A stretch of 64,000 bases of DNA. Origin: Mailhella sp. GTDB lineage: Bacteria; Desulfobacterota; Desulfovibrionia; Desulfovibrionales; Desulfovibrionaceae. The stretch lies in the NCBI GenBank assembly GCA_017940105.1, contig JAGAZG010000168.1, positions 1,136-65,135 of the forward strand. Direction: 5' to 3'. The notes beneath the pieces were generated by a model that was given only the letters and a program-made list of their open reading frames with translations, did no database searches and was not told the DNA's origin. This document shows, one piece after another, positions 43,814 to 53,590 of the stretch. How positions within the stretch are numbered: the first letter of the stretch is position 1; every line of letters starts with the position of its first letter. A program made the translations under genes and the position numbers.

Positions 43814-46800
43814 CTACCTGAACGAATACTGGTTCTTGAGCGCCATCCGCTCATACTCTGCTTCACGGAACTCTTGGAACAATTCTTTCACGGTGTCATA
43901 CAACGATGTCTTCATGTCCTCAACAGTCTGCTCCGAGGCATTGCCATTGACCGTAATATTGATAACCGGAGCAAACGTCGATGACGAAGCACTGCTTTGG
44001 CTGTCCGGCGCAGTCTGTGCTGTGGCTGCCACAACTGCATCTGCTGTCTCGCCTGTTCCTGCGTCTGGAATAGCGTCAAGCACCGGCCCTGCGAAGTCAC
44101 CCATCACGGAGTTCATCATGTCCGAGGCCAGCCCCTTGACATTTTTCAACAAGCCTGAGAACGAAGGTAGCTTGAACCCTTCAAACATCGGCTTCACGCC
44201 GAAATCAATGTCGGGAACTTCTGGCATGATCACGTCACCCATGACAGGGTTCACTCCAAAGGTTTCATCCGGCACATCTATTTTCGGCATGACCATCTCG
44301 GCAATTTCAGGCACAACATTCACAGCCAAATCAGGCAAGGCTGCCATGAACCCTTCAAACATCGGCTTCACGCCGAAATCAATGTCGGGAACTTCTGGCA
44401 TTTCCACATCTTCCACAAGCGGACTTACATCAACCGTCATACCAGCTGACAGCAAATCTGCAAGCTGTTTCTCTTGTGCTTTGAGCTTGTCCGCTTGAAT
44501 ACTGATGTCCTCATCACCCGTGATACGGTTATACTCAGGAATATCAATGCCAAGCAAATTGCCAAGCTCATCACGCTGCGGAGCGATGTCACCGATGACA
44601 GGCTGTATCTGATAACTGACATCTCCGGACAGCATCTCATCCAACTGCTTCTTCTGAGCCGCAATCTTATCAGCCTGTATGCCCAGGTCTTCCAAACCTG
44701 TGATACGGTTATACTCAGGAATGTCAATGCTCAGGAGATTCCCCAGCTCATCAACTTCCTGTGCGTTGACCTTCGGAAGCTCAAGCTCTTTCGGCATAGA
44801 AGCCTCGATGCCTTTCGTCACGCCGCCGATAGTATCACCAAAGCCTTTGCCAACACCCAGCGCCATATTGTCGCCGATTTCTGCAAAAACCTTGGACGGA
44901 GATGCAATGCCAAGACTCGATTTCACATTGCTGACGATGTTGCTGAAGAAACCGGACACTTGGCTTGTCAGCCAACCACCAGCACTTGAAATGCCCTGCC
45001 ATACACCCTGCACGATATTCGTACCGATGCTGACCATCTCGCCGGGGAGCGATGCCAAAGCACTAACGATGCCTGAAGCCAACTGCGTAACAGCATCCAG
45101 CACCTGTGCTATGCCATCACTGACACCGCCAGCCAAAGCCACCATCGCTTCCAACCCAACGCTTATGAACGTGGGAGCTTCGCCAGTGAAGAAGTCATAC
45201 ACCATGACCGGGATAGGCGCTATGAAGCCCATCAGCTCCGGCAATCCGCTCAGGATGCCTTCACCAAGGTTCGTGATGAACTCTATTCCCTGTTCCAGCA
45301 TCCCTTGCCCATTCTCAGCAAAGAACTCATAAATCATGACCGGGACAGGGAACAGGACTTCAAGAAGCATCGGCAATCCGGACATAATGCCATCAGCCAA
45401 ATCCTGCACCAGCTCCATACCAACATCAGCAAGGTTTCCAAAGAACGAACTTACATCATCCAGCGACGGCAAGCTGTCAAACAAGCTGCCGAAATCAGGC
45501 AAACTGAAATCCGTCGGCAGCAGTCCGGTGATGAAATCTATCACTCCACCGATGGTGTTGCTAAAGCCTTCACCGATACCGAGCGCCATGTTGTCGCCGA
45601 TTTCCGCAAAGACTTTCGACGGAGATGCGATGCCCAGGAACGACTTGACGCTATCGACTATCTTCCCGAAGAAACCAGGTATCATGCCGATTAACCACTC
45701 ACCTGTCTCAGAGATTCCTGTCCACAAGCCCTTCACGATTGCAACGCCGACATCTATCAACAGTCCGGGGATGTTCATGGCCGCATCAACCAACGCACCG
45801 CCTATGCTGACTATCGCTGACAACACATCAGGCAGAGCATTCAATATGCCGCCAGCCAAATGTAGAATAAGCTCAACGCCTGTCTGCACTAAAGCTGGCG
45901 CTTCGGCACGAATGTAACCAACGATGGATTCAATCAGCGTTGGCAGGTTCGACAGAAGGGCTGGAATGGCATTGATGATGCCCATGCCAAGCGTCGCAAG
46001 AAGCTGACCGCCCTGTTCCAACATGGCTGGACTGTTCTCAGCAAGAAAATCAAAAACTCCTGCCAGTACCAACGGAAGCTGGGCCGCAACTTCCGGCAAG
46101 CCCTCCGCAAATCCTTGAGCAAGCGTCTTTGCAAATTCCATACCCTGACTGGCCAAATCTGTCACAGTGGCAATCGCATTGGACATATTCGTGGACATAC
46201 CACCAGCCGACTGTCCCAGCTCATTCCATCTGTCCTTGGTTGTGCCAAGCAAAGCATTTGCTGCACCAATGTCTTCGGCATTGAATATCGCTGAAATCGC
46301 ATTTCTCCGCTCATCATCCGTAAGACCAGCCATTGCCTCATTCAGTTCCGGGAATATCTCGGTAAAGCTCCGCATATTTCCCTTAGCATCCCTGACATCC
46401 ACGCCGAGATTCTTCAGCGCAGCAGCCCCTTCTTCTGTTGGCTGGGCAATGCTCTGTATCACATCGCGCAGCTTCGTTCCTCCCTCGGCTCCTTTCAGGC
46501 CGTTATCAGCCAGTATGCCGAGAGCTACCGATGCCTCAGTCCCCCTGCCAGCCAAATCGTTGGCTGCACCGCCTACTTGGAACATGGCTTTCGCCAGTTC
46601 CGTGGCGTTCATGTTGGTCTGGGAGAACAGTTCATCCTGCTCATTCTTCAGAACTGCTGTTACGCCAGACAGCACTGCACCGCCGACTTGGGTCATGGCT
46701 CTTAATCCGGGCATCACGCGATCAGCAACAGCAATCTGGACACCTTCGAGGGCGCTTTTGAACAATGTCACGTCACCTTCAAGGTTATCCAACTGCGTAG

Positions 46801-48394
46801 CCGCCATCCTTGCAGCGGCTCCCTGTGCTTTCTCAATGGAGCCATCGAGTTCATCCCAGCGTTTTTTCGATGTACCAAGCAAGGCGTTTACCGCCGCAAC
46901 ATCGTAGGAATCGAAAATCTTGGTAATCGTCTGAAGCCTGTCCTCGTCAGTCATCTGCGACAGGGAATTCCCCATTTCTGAGAAGATGTCGGGGAATGCC
47001 CGCATCTTGCCTTCCGCGTCAAATACCTTGACGCCCAATTCCTCAAGAGCAGCAGCGCCGTCCTTTGTTGGCTTCGACAGTTTCAAGAGCATATTTCTGA
47101 GATGCGTACCACCTTCAGCACCCTTGATACCGTTATCAGCCATTACGCCCAACACTTCGGCAATCTCTTTCGTACCGCCAGCCATGACCTTCGCCGTGCC
47201 GCCGACTTGCAGCATGGCCGAGCCAAGCTGCTCAACGCTGGTATTCGACTTGGACGATGCCATTGCCATCTGGTCAACCATGACGGTTGTCTGCTCGGTC
47301 GTCAGCCCCAAAGCTGATGCCGCATCAGTTACCATGTCAGATGCCGCAGCAAGCTCCATGTTACCCGCCGCCGCAAGGTTCAGAACCGTTGGCAGCATAC
47401 TCATGGACTTCTCAGTGTCATAGCCAGCCAAAGCCATGTAGTTCAAAGCGTTTGCCGCCTCAGTCGCCGAGAAAGCTGTATTGCTTCCCATGAACTGTGC
47501 ATACTCCCGCAAATTGCCCTCGAAGTGACCGAACGTAGTATCGACCGAGCCGACCTCATTCTGCAAATCAGACACGGACTTGCCCATCGTCGCAGCCACC
47601 TGCGACATAGCCTTGTCAAAATCCATGCCAACACTTACAGACGAAGCGACAAATCCACCCACTGCAACACCAGCCGCTGCTACCGCAGCTCCGACGCCAG
47701 TCAGGACTGTACTCAACCCGCCGAACCTAGACCCAGCGGATTCAGCCGCAGCTCCAAGCTGGCTCAAATGACCACTTGCACCGCCAGCCGCATTGCCCAG
47801 GTTTCCAGTTGCGCTTGAGGCTTGCTCCGCCCCCCGTATCAGGCTCGTAAATCTCCCCTGCACGGAAGTTATCGCACTACTGAAACCTGTGCGGATAGTC
47901 TGGATGGGATTTCGGAACGCCTCACCGATTCGGCTGACCCCGCTGGACACCCTATTGCTGAACTGCTCATAGCTTGCAGACGCAGAGGCAAAGGCGCTCA
48001 CCGCAGATACACCGACCTGCCGCGCTGCCCCCGTCACACCAGACCGAAGGGATGCCGCAAAGCTCCTGCCACTATCGGTAGCCTCAAGGAATGACCTGCG
48101 GAACGTGGATGCAAGGCTGTTTGCCTGACTGCCAGCTTCATTCAGATTGTTCGTCAGGTCATGCAAACCACCTTGCGCCCCGGACGTGTTCGCATTCACA
48201 TTTATGGTATGCTGGCCATTGCTGCCCAGCGTACTCACGAGGTTTTGAATATTGGACTGTGCTTGCTGAGTGTCAGCATTCACATGGATGTTCTGATGCC
48301 CAAGCCCAGATATGAGATGCTGGATGCTTGCTTGCGCTTGCTGGGTGTCAGCAACAGCACGAATCCGATAGACTAGATTACGAGCCTCCTCCAC
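43814..48394 (-). CDS. Tape measure protein (TP901-family core)
   Basis: 1526 aa; FDKAMSQVAA, GIKGAEGGT, DNLEGD, GIASPSK. Confidence 0.93.
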   Translation of the reverse strand: MEEARNLVYRIRAVADTQQAQASIQHLISGLGHQNIHVNADTQQAQSNIQNLVSTLGSNGQHTINVNANTSGAQGGLHDLTNNLNEAGSQANSLASTFRRSFLEATDSGRSFAASLRSGVTGAARQVGVSAVSAFASASASYEQFSNRVSSGVSRIGEAFRNPIQTIRTGFSSAITSVQGRFTSLIRGAEQASSATGNLGNAAGGASGHLSQLGAAAESAGSRFGGLSTVLTGVGAAVAAAGVAVGGFVASSVSVGMDFDKAMSQVAATMGKSVSDLQNEVGSVDTTFGHFEGNLREYAQFMGSNTAFSATEAANALNYMALAGYDTEKSMSMLPTVLNLAAAGNMELAAASDMVTDAASALGLTTEQTTVMVDQMAMASSKSNTSVEQLGSAMLQVGGTAKVMAGGTKEIAEVLGVMADNGIKGAEGGTHLRNMLLKLSKPTKDGAAALEELGVKVFDAEGKMRAFPDIFSEMGNSLSQMTDEDRLQTITKIFDSYDVAAVNALLGTSKKRWDELDGSIEKAQGAAARMAATQLDNLEGDVTLFKSALEGVQIAVADRVMPGLRAMTQVGGAVLSGVTAVLKNEQDELFSQTNMNATELAKAMFQVGGAANDLAGRGTEASVALGILADNGLKGAEGGTKLRDVIQSIAQPTEEGAAALKNLGVDVRDAKGNMRSFTEIFPELNEAMAGLTDDERRNAISAIFNAEDIGAANALLGTTKDRWNELGQSAGGMSTNMSNAIATVTDLASQGMEFAKTLAQGFAEGLPEVAAQLPLVLAGVFDFLAENSPAMLEQGGQLLATLGMGIINAIPALLSNLPTLIESIVGYIRAEAPALVQTGVELILHLAGGILNALPDVLSAIVSIGGALVDAAMNIPGLLIDVGVAIVKGLWTGISETGEWLIGMIPGFFGKIVDSVKSFLGIASPSKVFAEIGDNMALGIGEGFSNTIGGVIDFITGLLPTDFSLPDFGSLFDSLPSLDDVSSFFGNLADVGMELVQDLADGIMSGLPMLLEVLFPVPVMIYEFFAENGQGMLEQGIEFITNLGEGILSGLPELMGFIAPIPVMVYDFFTGEAPTFISVGLEAMVALAGGVSDGIAQVLDAVTQLASGIVSALASLPGEMVSIGTNIVQGVWQGISSAGGWLTSQVSGFFSNIVSNVKSSLGIASPSKVFAEIGDNMALGVGKGFGDTIGGVTKGIEASMPKELELPKVNAQEVDELGNLLSIDIPEYNRITGLEDLGIQADKIAAQKKQLDEMLSGDVSYQIQPVIGDIAPQRDELGNLLGIDIPEYNRITGDEDISIQADKLKAQEKQLADLLSAGMTVDVSPLVEDVEMPEVPDIDFGVKPMFEGFMAALPDLAVNVVPEIAEMVMPKIDVPDETFGVNPVMGDVIMPEVPDIDFGVKPMFEGFKLPSFSGLLKNVKGLASDMMNSVMGDFAGPVLDAIPDAGTGETADAVVAATAQTAPDSQSSASSSTFAPVINITVNGNASEQTVEDMKTSLYDTVKELFQEFREAEYERMALKNQYSFR

Positions 48395-48413
48395 AGGTCA
48401 TCCCTCCCTTCTG

Positions 48414-48600
48414 TCATTTTTTGTGCCACTCATTCTGCCACAGCAGACGTGCTTGCTCCGCCTCGGCGAATTCATACAAATCCATCGACTTAAGCTCGGC
48501 ATAGCCCAGGCCGTTCATGCAGAATACGAGCCGCCAAAACCTCTCATTGAGCCTCGCTCTTTTCCTTGCTGCCTCCTGGCTGATTTCGTTCTCCAAGAAA
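48414..48600 (-). CDS. Tail assembly chaperone C-terminal extension (gpGT-like frame)
   Basis: Open frame overlapping the chaperone end, stops just before tape measure. Confidence 0.55.
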
Positions 48601-48873
48601 ATTCTCGATTTCCCGCACCAGCTCACCCGGCGTGGCAAGGTCTTCCTGCGCATCGAAATACTTGATGCCGCTCTTTGCAACTTCCGCAGGAGCAGTCACG
48701 CAGCCCTTGATAAGAGCATCTGCATACTTTGCCGTATTGCGACGACCATTTGCGGGATTGATGTAAAGGTCAGTCAAGTTCGAATACCAAGAGAAGGTCA
48801 CGCTTTGCAGCGTAAATTCCATGTCGTTCACGATAACCACTTTTGTTCTTGCCATGATACAAGCTCCCTTCAT
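48544..48873 (-). CDS. Tail assembly chaperone
   Basis: Position between tube and tape measure. Confidence 0.75.
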   Translation of the reverse strand: MKGACIMARTKVVIVNDMEFTLQSVTFSWYSNLTDLYINPANGRRNTAKYADALIKGCVTAPAEVAKSGIKYFDAQEDLATPGELVREIENFLGERNQPGGSKEKSEAQ

Positions 48874-49130
48874 TTCCTTATGTTTATTGATATAGGCTAA
48901 TTAGGTAACATTAGGCATATAATACATTTACCTAAATTACCTATTACCTCTATTTTTCTATTCTATTAAGATTAAATGTTTCAATGTTCCATATAGGTCT
49001 AAAGTGTTGATATATCAAGGGTTGAGAAGTGGAACAAGCATGGAACAAACGCCGAAACCTTGACACAAACAAGTTGGAACATTGGCTTGAATTTCGTGCC
49101 TAAAATGTTCTCGAATTTCCTTTTTCATGC
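48873..49130 (-). repeat. AT-rich element, copy 2
   Basis: Reverse complement contains CCTTGATATATC and AACATTGAAACATTTAATCTTAATAGAATAGAA, as in 20119-20372. Confidence 0.8.
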
Positions 49131-49169
49131 CTAAAAGTCATTTGTTTCACTTGCTTGTTCCACAATGTC

Positions 49170-49568
49170 TCAATGCTTGATATAGATATCCGGGATAAGG
49201 AACACAAACTGAACATCAGGTGCGTCCTTGCCCCTCACGCGGTCAGGCGTTTTCTCGACGATGCAGTTCTGTGCGAAGAACACGATGCCGCTCTGGTCGT
49301 TTGCGTCCGTCACGGCAAGGTTTGCCATCGTGTGCGCTTCAGCACAGGCTTCAAGGAACGGAATGTCCGGGGACTCCTGCTGAAGCGTGATGGTCAGCTT
49401 GCCAGCACGATTCGCATTGCGGATGTATGTGCTGTCGCCCTTCACGCCTTTCTTCAAAGACGTATTCGCCTCATCACGGGCGAGCGTGAACAGTGAGTCA
49501 CCGAACATACGGATTTGCCTATTGTTGTAGGTTACGTTGACCTTCAACGGGTCATAAGTCGATAACAT
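49170..49568 (-). CDS. Tail tube protein
   Basis: TYDP..V...GVKGD...GKLTITLQQESP; follows sheath. Confidence 0.82.
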   Translation of the reverse strand: MLSTYDPLKVNVTYNNRQIRMFGDSLFTLARDEANTSLKKGVKGDSTYIRNANRAGKLTITLQQESPDIPFLEACAEAHTMANLAVTDANDQSGIVFFAQNCIVEKTPDRVRGKDAPDVQFVFLIPDIYIKH

Positions 49569-49582
49569 GGTTCATCCCTCCC

Positions 49583-51070
49583 TTACAGCGAAGCGCGGAG
49601 AGCGCCCTTGGTCTTCACCTTATGGATTGCGCCTGCAAGCAGGGCCTCCCAGGTGATGTCCGGCATTACGCGGTTCCTGCGCTGTTCCTCCGTGCTTTCC
49701 GAATACTTCGGGATATTCACGGTGTAAACGCCAGCGCCGCTCTCGGCATCCCTTGCGATGATGTTATTGTCCACCGCCTCGTCCAGTGCTTGCAGCACCG
49801 CCGTGGCAATGAGGCCGAAACCAGCATCATCATAGTTGATGTTTGCATTGGTGAGCAGGATGTCATAGAGCAGATCACGCATCCGCTTTGCAATCCAGTC
49901 ACCGCCAAGCACAACGTCAATGAACTCACCATTGAGGCATACGCCCTCTTTGACGTACTGGCGTTTGTACTCCTCAGTCAAGAAGTTGACGTGGTTCTCA
50001 AGGAGCTGGTCACGTTCGCCATCGGTCAGCTTGGGCAGCGTAATCAGCTTGATGCCCTCGCTCGTGGTAGCATTGCCATCCTGCGGACGTTTGAACTTCC
50101 AAGTCACGCTGTACGGATAGAACGGCGCGACATTGCCAAGGTAGGAGGCATCTGGCTCCTCATTCATGTGGTCTGTGTCAGCATAGATGACAGCGGCGCG
50201 GGCCGTCTCACATACGAAATTCTTGTCATCGGTTTGTCCGATGTAGAATTTGCGATGGTCTTCCACGCCAGCCCCCAGCTCTGCCTCTGTCGGTTCACTG
50301 GCCTCAGCAAACTTGGAGAGAGCCTTAACATACTCCGGCTCGTCACGGTCAGTCAGGAACACATACCAGTCGTTGTCCTCATCGGACTGGAACTGCTGGA
50401 TAGTCTTGATAAGGTTGTCAGGTGCACTCAACGCATCCGAACCATTCACAAACGTGCAGACCTGCTCGGAAGGCCATTCCTGCGTCAAGTCCGCATCTGC
50501 ATAAACAGTCACGAATGCGGGGATGGTATCGGCCTCGCCCTTCTCGGTTGCGGTTGCCACCAGATTCAGGCCATCCGCTTGCAGATTGTAAGTCTTTCCA
50601 CCTTTCGTGAAGGACGTGCCGTTGAACAATGCAGGAATCTGCCGCCACTTCGTCACCTTTGCGGACGTGGTTGCGGAAATAACTGCATTTTCATCACCAC
50701 CAACCTTCACCCAGATGCCAACTCCTGCTTCCAACGGCCATTCCAGATTGCCGTCAGGGAACGTGGCGGTGAACTTTGCAGCGGTAGCAGGTGTACTGCT
50801 GGGCGGCTCGAACCCCACAATTTTGATTTTGCTCACCAGCGTTTCAGCCAAGGTCGTCTTGCCTTGGTTGAACAGCGTGATGGCTTTACGCAAAATCTTT
50901 GCATTGGGGTGCGGGCCGTCTTTGCCAAACACAGCTTCGACGACATCTTTATCCCTGTAAGTGGCTACCGGGACAGCGCCGGTGGTAGACACAAGCAGGA
51001 TGTCAAGGGTTTCTTTTGTCTTAGGCAGCGCATCACGCTGCACCACGACAATTACATCTCTTGATGCCAT
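49583..51070 (-). CDS. Tail sheath protein (DUF3383-like)
   Basis: TWKFK, GEFIDVV.G.DW, LAGAIH. Confidence 0.88.
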   Translation of the reverse strand: MASRDVIVVVQRDALPKTKETLDILLVSTTGAVPVATYRDKDVVEAVFGKDGPHPNAKILRKAITLFNQGKTTLAETLVSKIKIVGFEPPSSTPATAAKFTATFPDGNLEWPLEAGVGIWVKVGGDENAVISATTSAKVTKWRQIPALFNGTSFTKGGKTYNLQADGLNLVATATEKGEADTIPAFVTVYADADLTQEWPSEQVCTFVNGSDALSAPDNLIKTIQQFQSDEDNDWYVFLTDRDEPEYVKALSKFAEASEPTEAELGAGVEDHRKFYIGQTDDKNFVCETARAAVIYADTDHMNEEPDASYLGNVAPFYPYSVTWKFKRPQDGNATTSEGIKLITLPKLTDGERDQLLENHVNFLTEEYKRQYVKEGVCLNGEFIDVVLGGDWIAKRMRDLLYDILLTNANINYDDAGFGLIATAVLQALDEAVDNNIIARDAESGAGVYTVNIPKYSESTEEQRRNRVMPDITWEALLAGAIHKVKTKGALRASL

Positions 51071-51085
51071 GTGCTTTTCCTCCTG

Positions 51086-51613
51086 TCATCGGGGCAACCC
51101 TTTGGGATTCCCCGGATTTGTAATGATGGTTGTCGGCTTTTCATCGGTTCGTATGTATTTGAACCGAATGTCAACGCCGTATCGACGCACCGTGTCTTCA
51201 ACTAGAAAGCTCGTTCGATTGCTCACAGGCCCTACGTTGTAAATCACGATGTCACCGTTATTGGTATGGATGTTGTGCGCGTCCAGCAGGAAAAACCCAT
51301 GGACTTTTTCTGCCAGTTCCATCGCCTCATCCTCGCCGTAAATATAGCCATCCTCTGCTTCACGGTTCATGCTGCAAACTGTGAAGGACATGGTTGCTGA
51401 TACTGGCTCTTGGCGCTGAAGCACATAGCCTTCATCAGCTTCCACAACCTTATGCAGACCGAACGCATGGTTTGATATTCGTGGGGTCAGAACACTGTAA
51501 TAGCAATACGGGTATACAGGCTTGTCAGCGACCTGTTCTGACAAAACCACGGGGCAGCCAAGGTGAGCTTCCAGCCGAGCCACAATTTCGTTGCGGGCTT
51601 GAATAAATCTCAT
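51086..51613 (-). CDS. Neck/tail terminator protein
   Basis: Position and size. Confidence 0.6.
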   Translation of the reverse strand: MRFIQARNEIVARLEAHLGCPVVLSEQVADKPVYPYCYYSVLTPRISNHAFGLHKVVEADEGYVLQRQEPVSATMSFTVCSMNREAEDGYIYGEDEAMELAEKVHGFFLLDAHNIHTNNGDIVIYNVGPVSNRTSFLVEDTVRRYGVDIRFKYIRTDEKPTTIITNPGNPKGLPR

Positions 51614-51966
51614 TTCTTGACCACTCCTTCCACAAGAAACCTGCGCATCGGGTGAATGGTGTTATGATTCAGTTCCTGCTTCACGGTGTAAAGCTGTCCG
51701 TCATAGGTATCACGGATAATATGTCCAGGCTGAATGTCTACCGGGTCATCGGTGTAGAGCTTCTGCGTGTTCTCCTCATAGGAGCCTTCCGGCAGTTGCT
51801 TCCAATCCTTGTCAGACACCGGCATCACGATTCCCCAGAATGACGCAATCGGCTCATCGACTGGCTTTGATTGCCCGCCGTTTGCCGGATCACGCACAAA
51901 CGTCCTGTTCGATACTGTCAGGATATGCAGCAAAGCCCGTGGCAATCTTGGTGTCGCATAGAACAT
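51610..51966 (-). CDS. Head closure protein
   Basis: LPEG....KLYT motif; position. Confidence 0.6.
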   Translation of the reverse strand: MFYATPRLPRALLHILTVSNRTFVRDPANGGQSKPVDEPIASFWGIVMPVSDKDWKQLPEGSYEENTQKLYTDDPVDIQPGHIIRDTYDGQLYTVKQELNHNTIHPMRRFLVEGVVKK

Positions 51967-52400
51967 CAGGAATCCACCACCTTGTATGCAATCCTGTCAC
52001 GAATATGCGTACCAGTCTCGTACAGTGTCGTATGCTGTCTTTTCTTGGAGAAATCTGACTGCGGCTTCACACGGTTCGTGTCGATATAGTTCTGAACCAG
52101 TTGTGCCGCTTGCGCACCTATGGAGTGCGCTGCGGCTTCTGGCGTGGTCTGCTCCCTCAGTACCTTGGTCAATGCTCCTGACACAATCTCCGCCAGCTTC
52201 CCTTGGTCTGCATCGAAACTCGCCCGTATGAACGACCGTTCCGGCATTTTGCCCAAACCGTATTCATGGATAGCTGCGATTTTCAGGACTTCGGAATCTG
52301 CGGTTCCAACGATTCCCACCAGTATACTTTTTTCCTGTATCTTCTGGCAGACATTTTGAAGCCTCTGAAAATCTGATAGGATTACACTTACGTCTTCCAT
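51966..52400 (-). CDS. Neck/tail completion protein
   Basis: IAAIHEYG..MPERSFIR...LYETG. Confidence 0.7.
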   Translation of the reverse strand: MEDVSVILSDFQRLQNVCQKIQEKSILVGIVGTADSEVLKIAAIHEYGLGKMPERSFIRASFDADQGKLAEIVSGALTKVLREQTTPEAAAHSIGAQAAQLVQNYIDTNRVKPQSDFSKKRQHTTLYETGTHIRDRIAYKVVDS

Positions 52401-52401
52401 G

Positions 52402-53040
52402 TCAGTACCTCCGGTAGAGGTTTATGAGCTGCAACCACTCAGCATGAGTTCCTTTGTCAAACTCCCACGATACGTCGGAGATGGAGAATGCCGACAGCCC
52501 CTGCGACCCGCTCTGCAAGTTCGTGTATGCTTGGGAAACCATGTCCCACAGCAAGCCTTCCAAATCGGCTGGCAGGGTCTGCGGCTCATCCTCGGTGGCA
52601 TCTTTCGGCAGGACATACCCTGCCGTATAGCTCACCTCGATGACCCGCTTCGGCCTAACGATGTCATAGGCTATCCCCTTTCGCCATCCCGCTTTCAGCC
52701 AGCCCTCATCGCGGTAAATAACGCCAATGCTGGCAGTCTGCGCAAAGTCATAACGGCTGGGGTCAACCAGAACACCTTCCTCTTTTACGAAATCCACGCT
52801 GATAATTGGGTACTCCATCAGAACAAGCTCTTGCTGTCCGTCTGCGTCATACCACTGATGGTACGACTGCTTGCCGAAATGCCGACCAGCTTGGCGTTCC
52901 ACCCACGCTGAGGCTTTGTTTATCAGCAGCGTGATGACTTCATCCATCTGCTCGTCCTCGACGTTTGACAAGCCCAGCATCAGCTTCATCCGTTCCAATG
53001 TAGTCAAAGCATTGTCTGCAAGCATAACGGCCTCCTGCAA
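52402..53040 (-). CDS. Head-tail adaptor (gp6-like)
   Basis: LTTLERMK..L, VSYTAGY, LPADLE. Confidence 0.75.
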   Translation of the reverse strand: MQEAVMLADNALTTLERMKLMLGLSNVEDEQMDEVITLLINKASAWVERQAGRHFGKQSYHQWYDADGQQELVLMEYPIISVDFVKEEGVLVDPSRYDFAQTASIGVIYRDEGWLKAGWRKGIAYDIVRPKRVIEVSYTAGYVLPKDATEDEPQTLPADLEGLLWDMVSQAYTNLQSGSQGLSAFSISDVSWEFDKGTHAEWLQLINLYRRY

Positions 53041-53202
53041 AACAACGGCGAGCTACTGCCCGCCGTCTTCATTCTTCTGCTTATTCGATTTCTGCGGCTC
53101 AGGCTTCTTCGCGGAATCCTTCGTCTCGGCAACAGGCTTGAGCGCCTTATCGCTTGACGGCCCCACGGGCTTATAGATTCTGGGCATCATAGCCGCCTCC
53201 CC

Positions 53203-53571
53203 TCAGACTGCCTGGACGTTCTTATCGCCCAGAGCAAGGGCTGCCGTGCTGTTCGCGGCAGCGGCACCAGAGAGGGTGAGCTTCACATAGTTCTTCAGCC
53301 CCAGCAAATCAAGGTCAATGTTGACCACATCGCCGGCCGTCACATCGCTGATGGTATACACGCCACCCGAAGTATGGGTTTCGGGAAATACCAGCTTATC
53401 CGTAACAGCCTCTGCTGCCGTGTCGGCATCTCCGTGCGTGACCGTTACGGTCAATGCACCTGTCGTGCCGACCTTTACAGCGAGGATTGCGGAAAGGAAT
53501 CCGGCTCTCTCAATGCTTTCTCCTGATGCGTAGGGCTGAACCCTCACATTTTGAATCAATTCGCGTTTCAT
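53203..53571 (-). CDS. Putative head decoration/accessory protein
   Basis: 122-aa beta-rich protein after capsid. Confidence 0.55.
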   Translation of the reverse strand: MKRELIQNVRVQPYASGESIERAGFLSAILAVKVGTTGALTVTVTHGDADTAAEAVTDKLVFPETHTSGGVYTISDVTAGDVVNIDLDLLGLKNYVKLTLSGAAAANSTAALALGDKNVQAV

Positions 53572-53590
53572 TCTGCTCTACCTCCCATCA

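Noticed and set aside
49622-51064. 480-aa plus-strand ORF (likewise 53636-54661 and 56626-57819)
   Set aside because: Shadows of sheath, capsid and portal genes
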